NCBI GenBank assembly: GCA_013239625.1
Contig: MU056000.1
Span: 14,223,787-14,287,786 of the forward strand
Length of the DNA: 64,000 nucleotides
Origin: Lama guanicoe
Lineage: Eukaryota
Direction of reading: 5' to 3'
Below are positions 63,641 to 64,000 of the stretch, piece by piece (within the stretch, counting starts at the first letter, position 1; every line of letters starts with the position of its first letter). The position numbers and the translations under genes were made by a program. The notes under the pieces are model-generated. The model was not told the DNA's origin and made no database searches. It worked only from the letters and a program-made list of their open reading frames with translations.

Positions 63641-64000
63641 ACCCTTCGTGCTGTCTTGCTGCCTTTCAGGTCTGCATCCGTCCCTCTTCCCTCTCCTCAT
63701 CCTGCCCTCCCAAGGTCATGAGTGGAGACTGATGGATTAGCCTACTCGAAATAGTTTCTCCTCTATTTCTGTCACATGCTCCAGACATTATCTCACTGGT
63801 TAAAAAAAAAAAAAGACATTTTAATATTCACTCATTGCAAATTTTTTCCCGTCTTTTTTCATTCTTTCAAAGTGTTCGGTGGTTACCCAAGATCCTAGTG
63901 AGGAGGACTGTCCAGATTTCTCTATCAGAATTACCCTACTCCCTACTGTAAGTGTTTTTAACGTCAGACCTCAGTATTGTTCTGTGCTCTGTCATTGTCC

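Overview
AT-rich mammalian genomic DNA, most likely camelid. This is inferred from a tRNA-Ala-derived SINE of the Vic-1 type and artiodactyl-style L1 3' ends; I saw no Alu, Bov-A/BovB, PRE-1 or carnivore SINEs. No complete protein-coding gene is present. Nearly all ORFs in the track are chance frames or repeat-derived, and the only clearly recognisable proteins are LINE-1 ORF2 fragments. The main functional feature is a CpG-island promoter at about 18.8-19.3 kb. It has an NF-Y CCAAT box, a GC box with a G4 motif, a minus-strand first exon with a strong donor at 18760, and a candidate short second exon carrying an ATG. I could not identify the gene. Positions 1-18.5 kb are probably its intronic sequence, and 19.6-64 kb is upstream or intergenic, possibly spanned by a divergent transcript. 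The rest is old repeats (L2, MIR, L3/CR1, MaLR and MLT2 LTRs, MER20, MER58, MER91) plus a few young L1 insertions with target-site duplications. The most interesting observations are a collapsed Gypsy-like remnant at about 40.6-41.8 kb, a young L1 nested inside a SINE with a possible 21-nt 3' transduction, a candidate recursive splice site at 42260, and paired POU-type sites at 62.2 kb. I found no support for a previously undescribed biological system. Repeat family names come from recalled consensus sequences, not a database search, and repeat boundaries are approximate.
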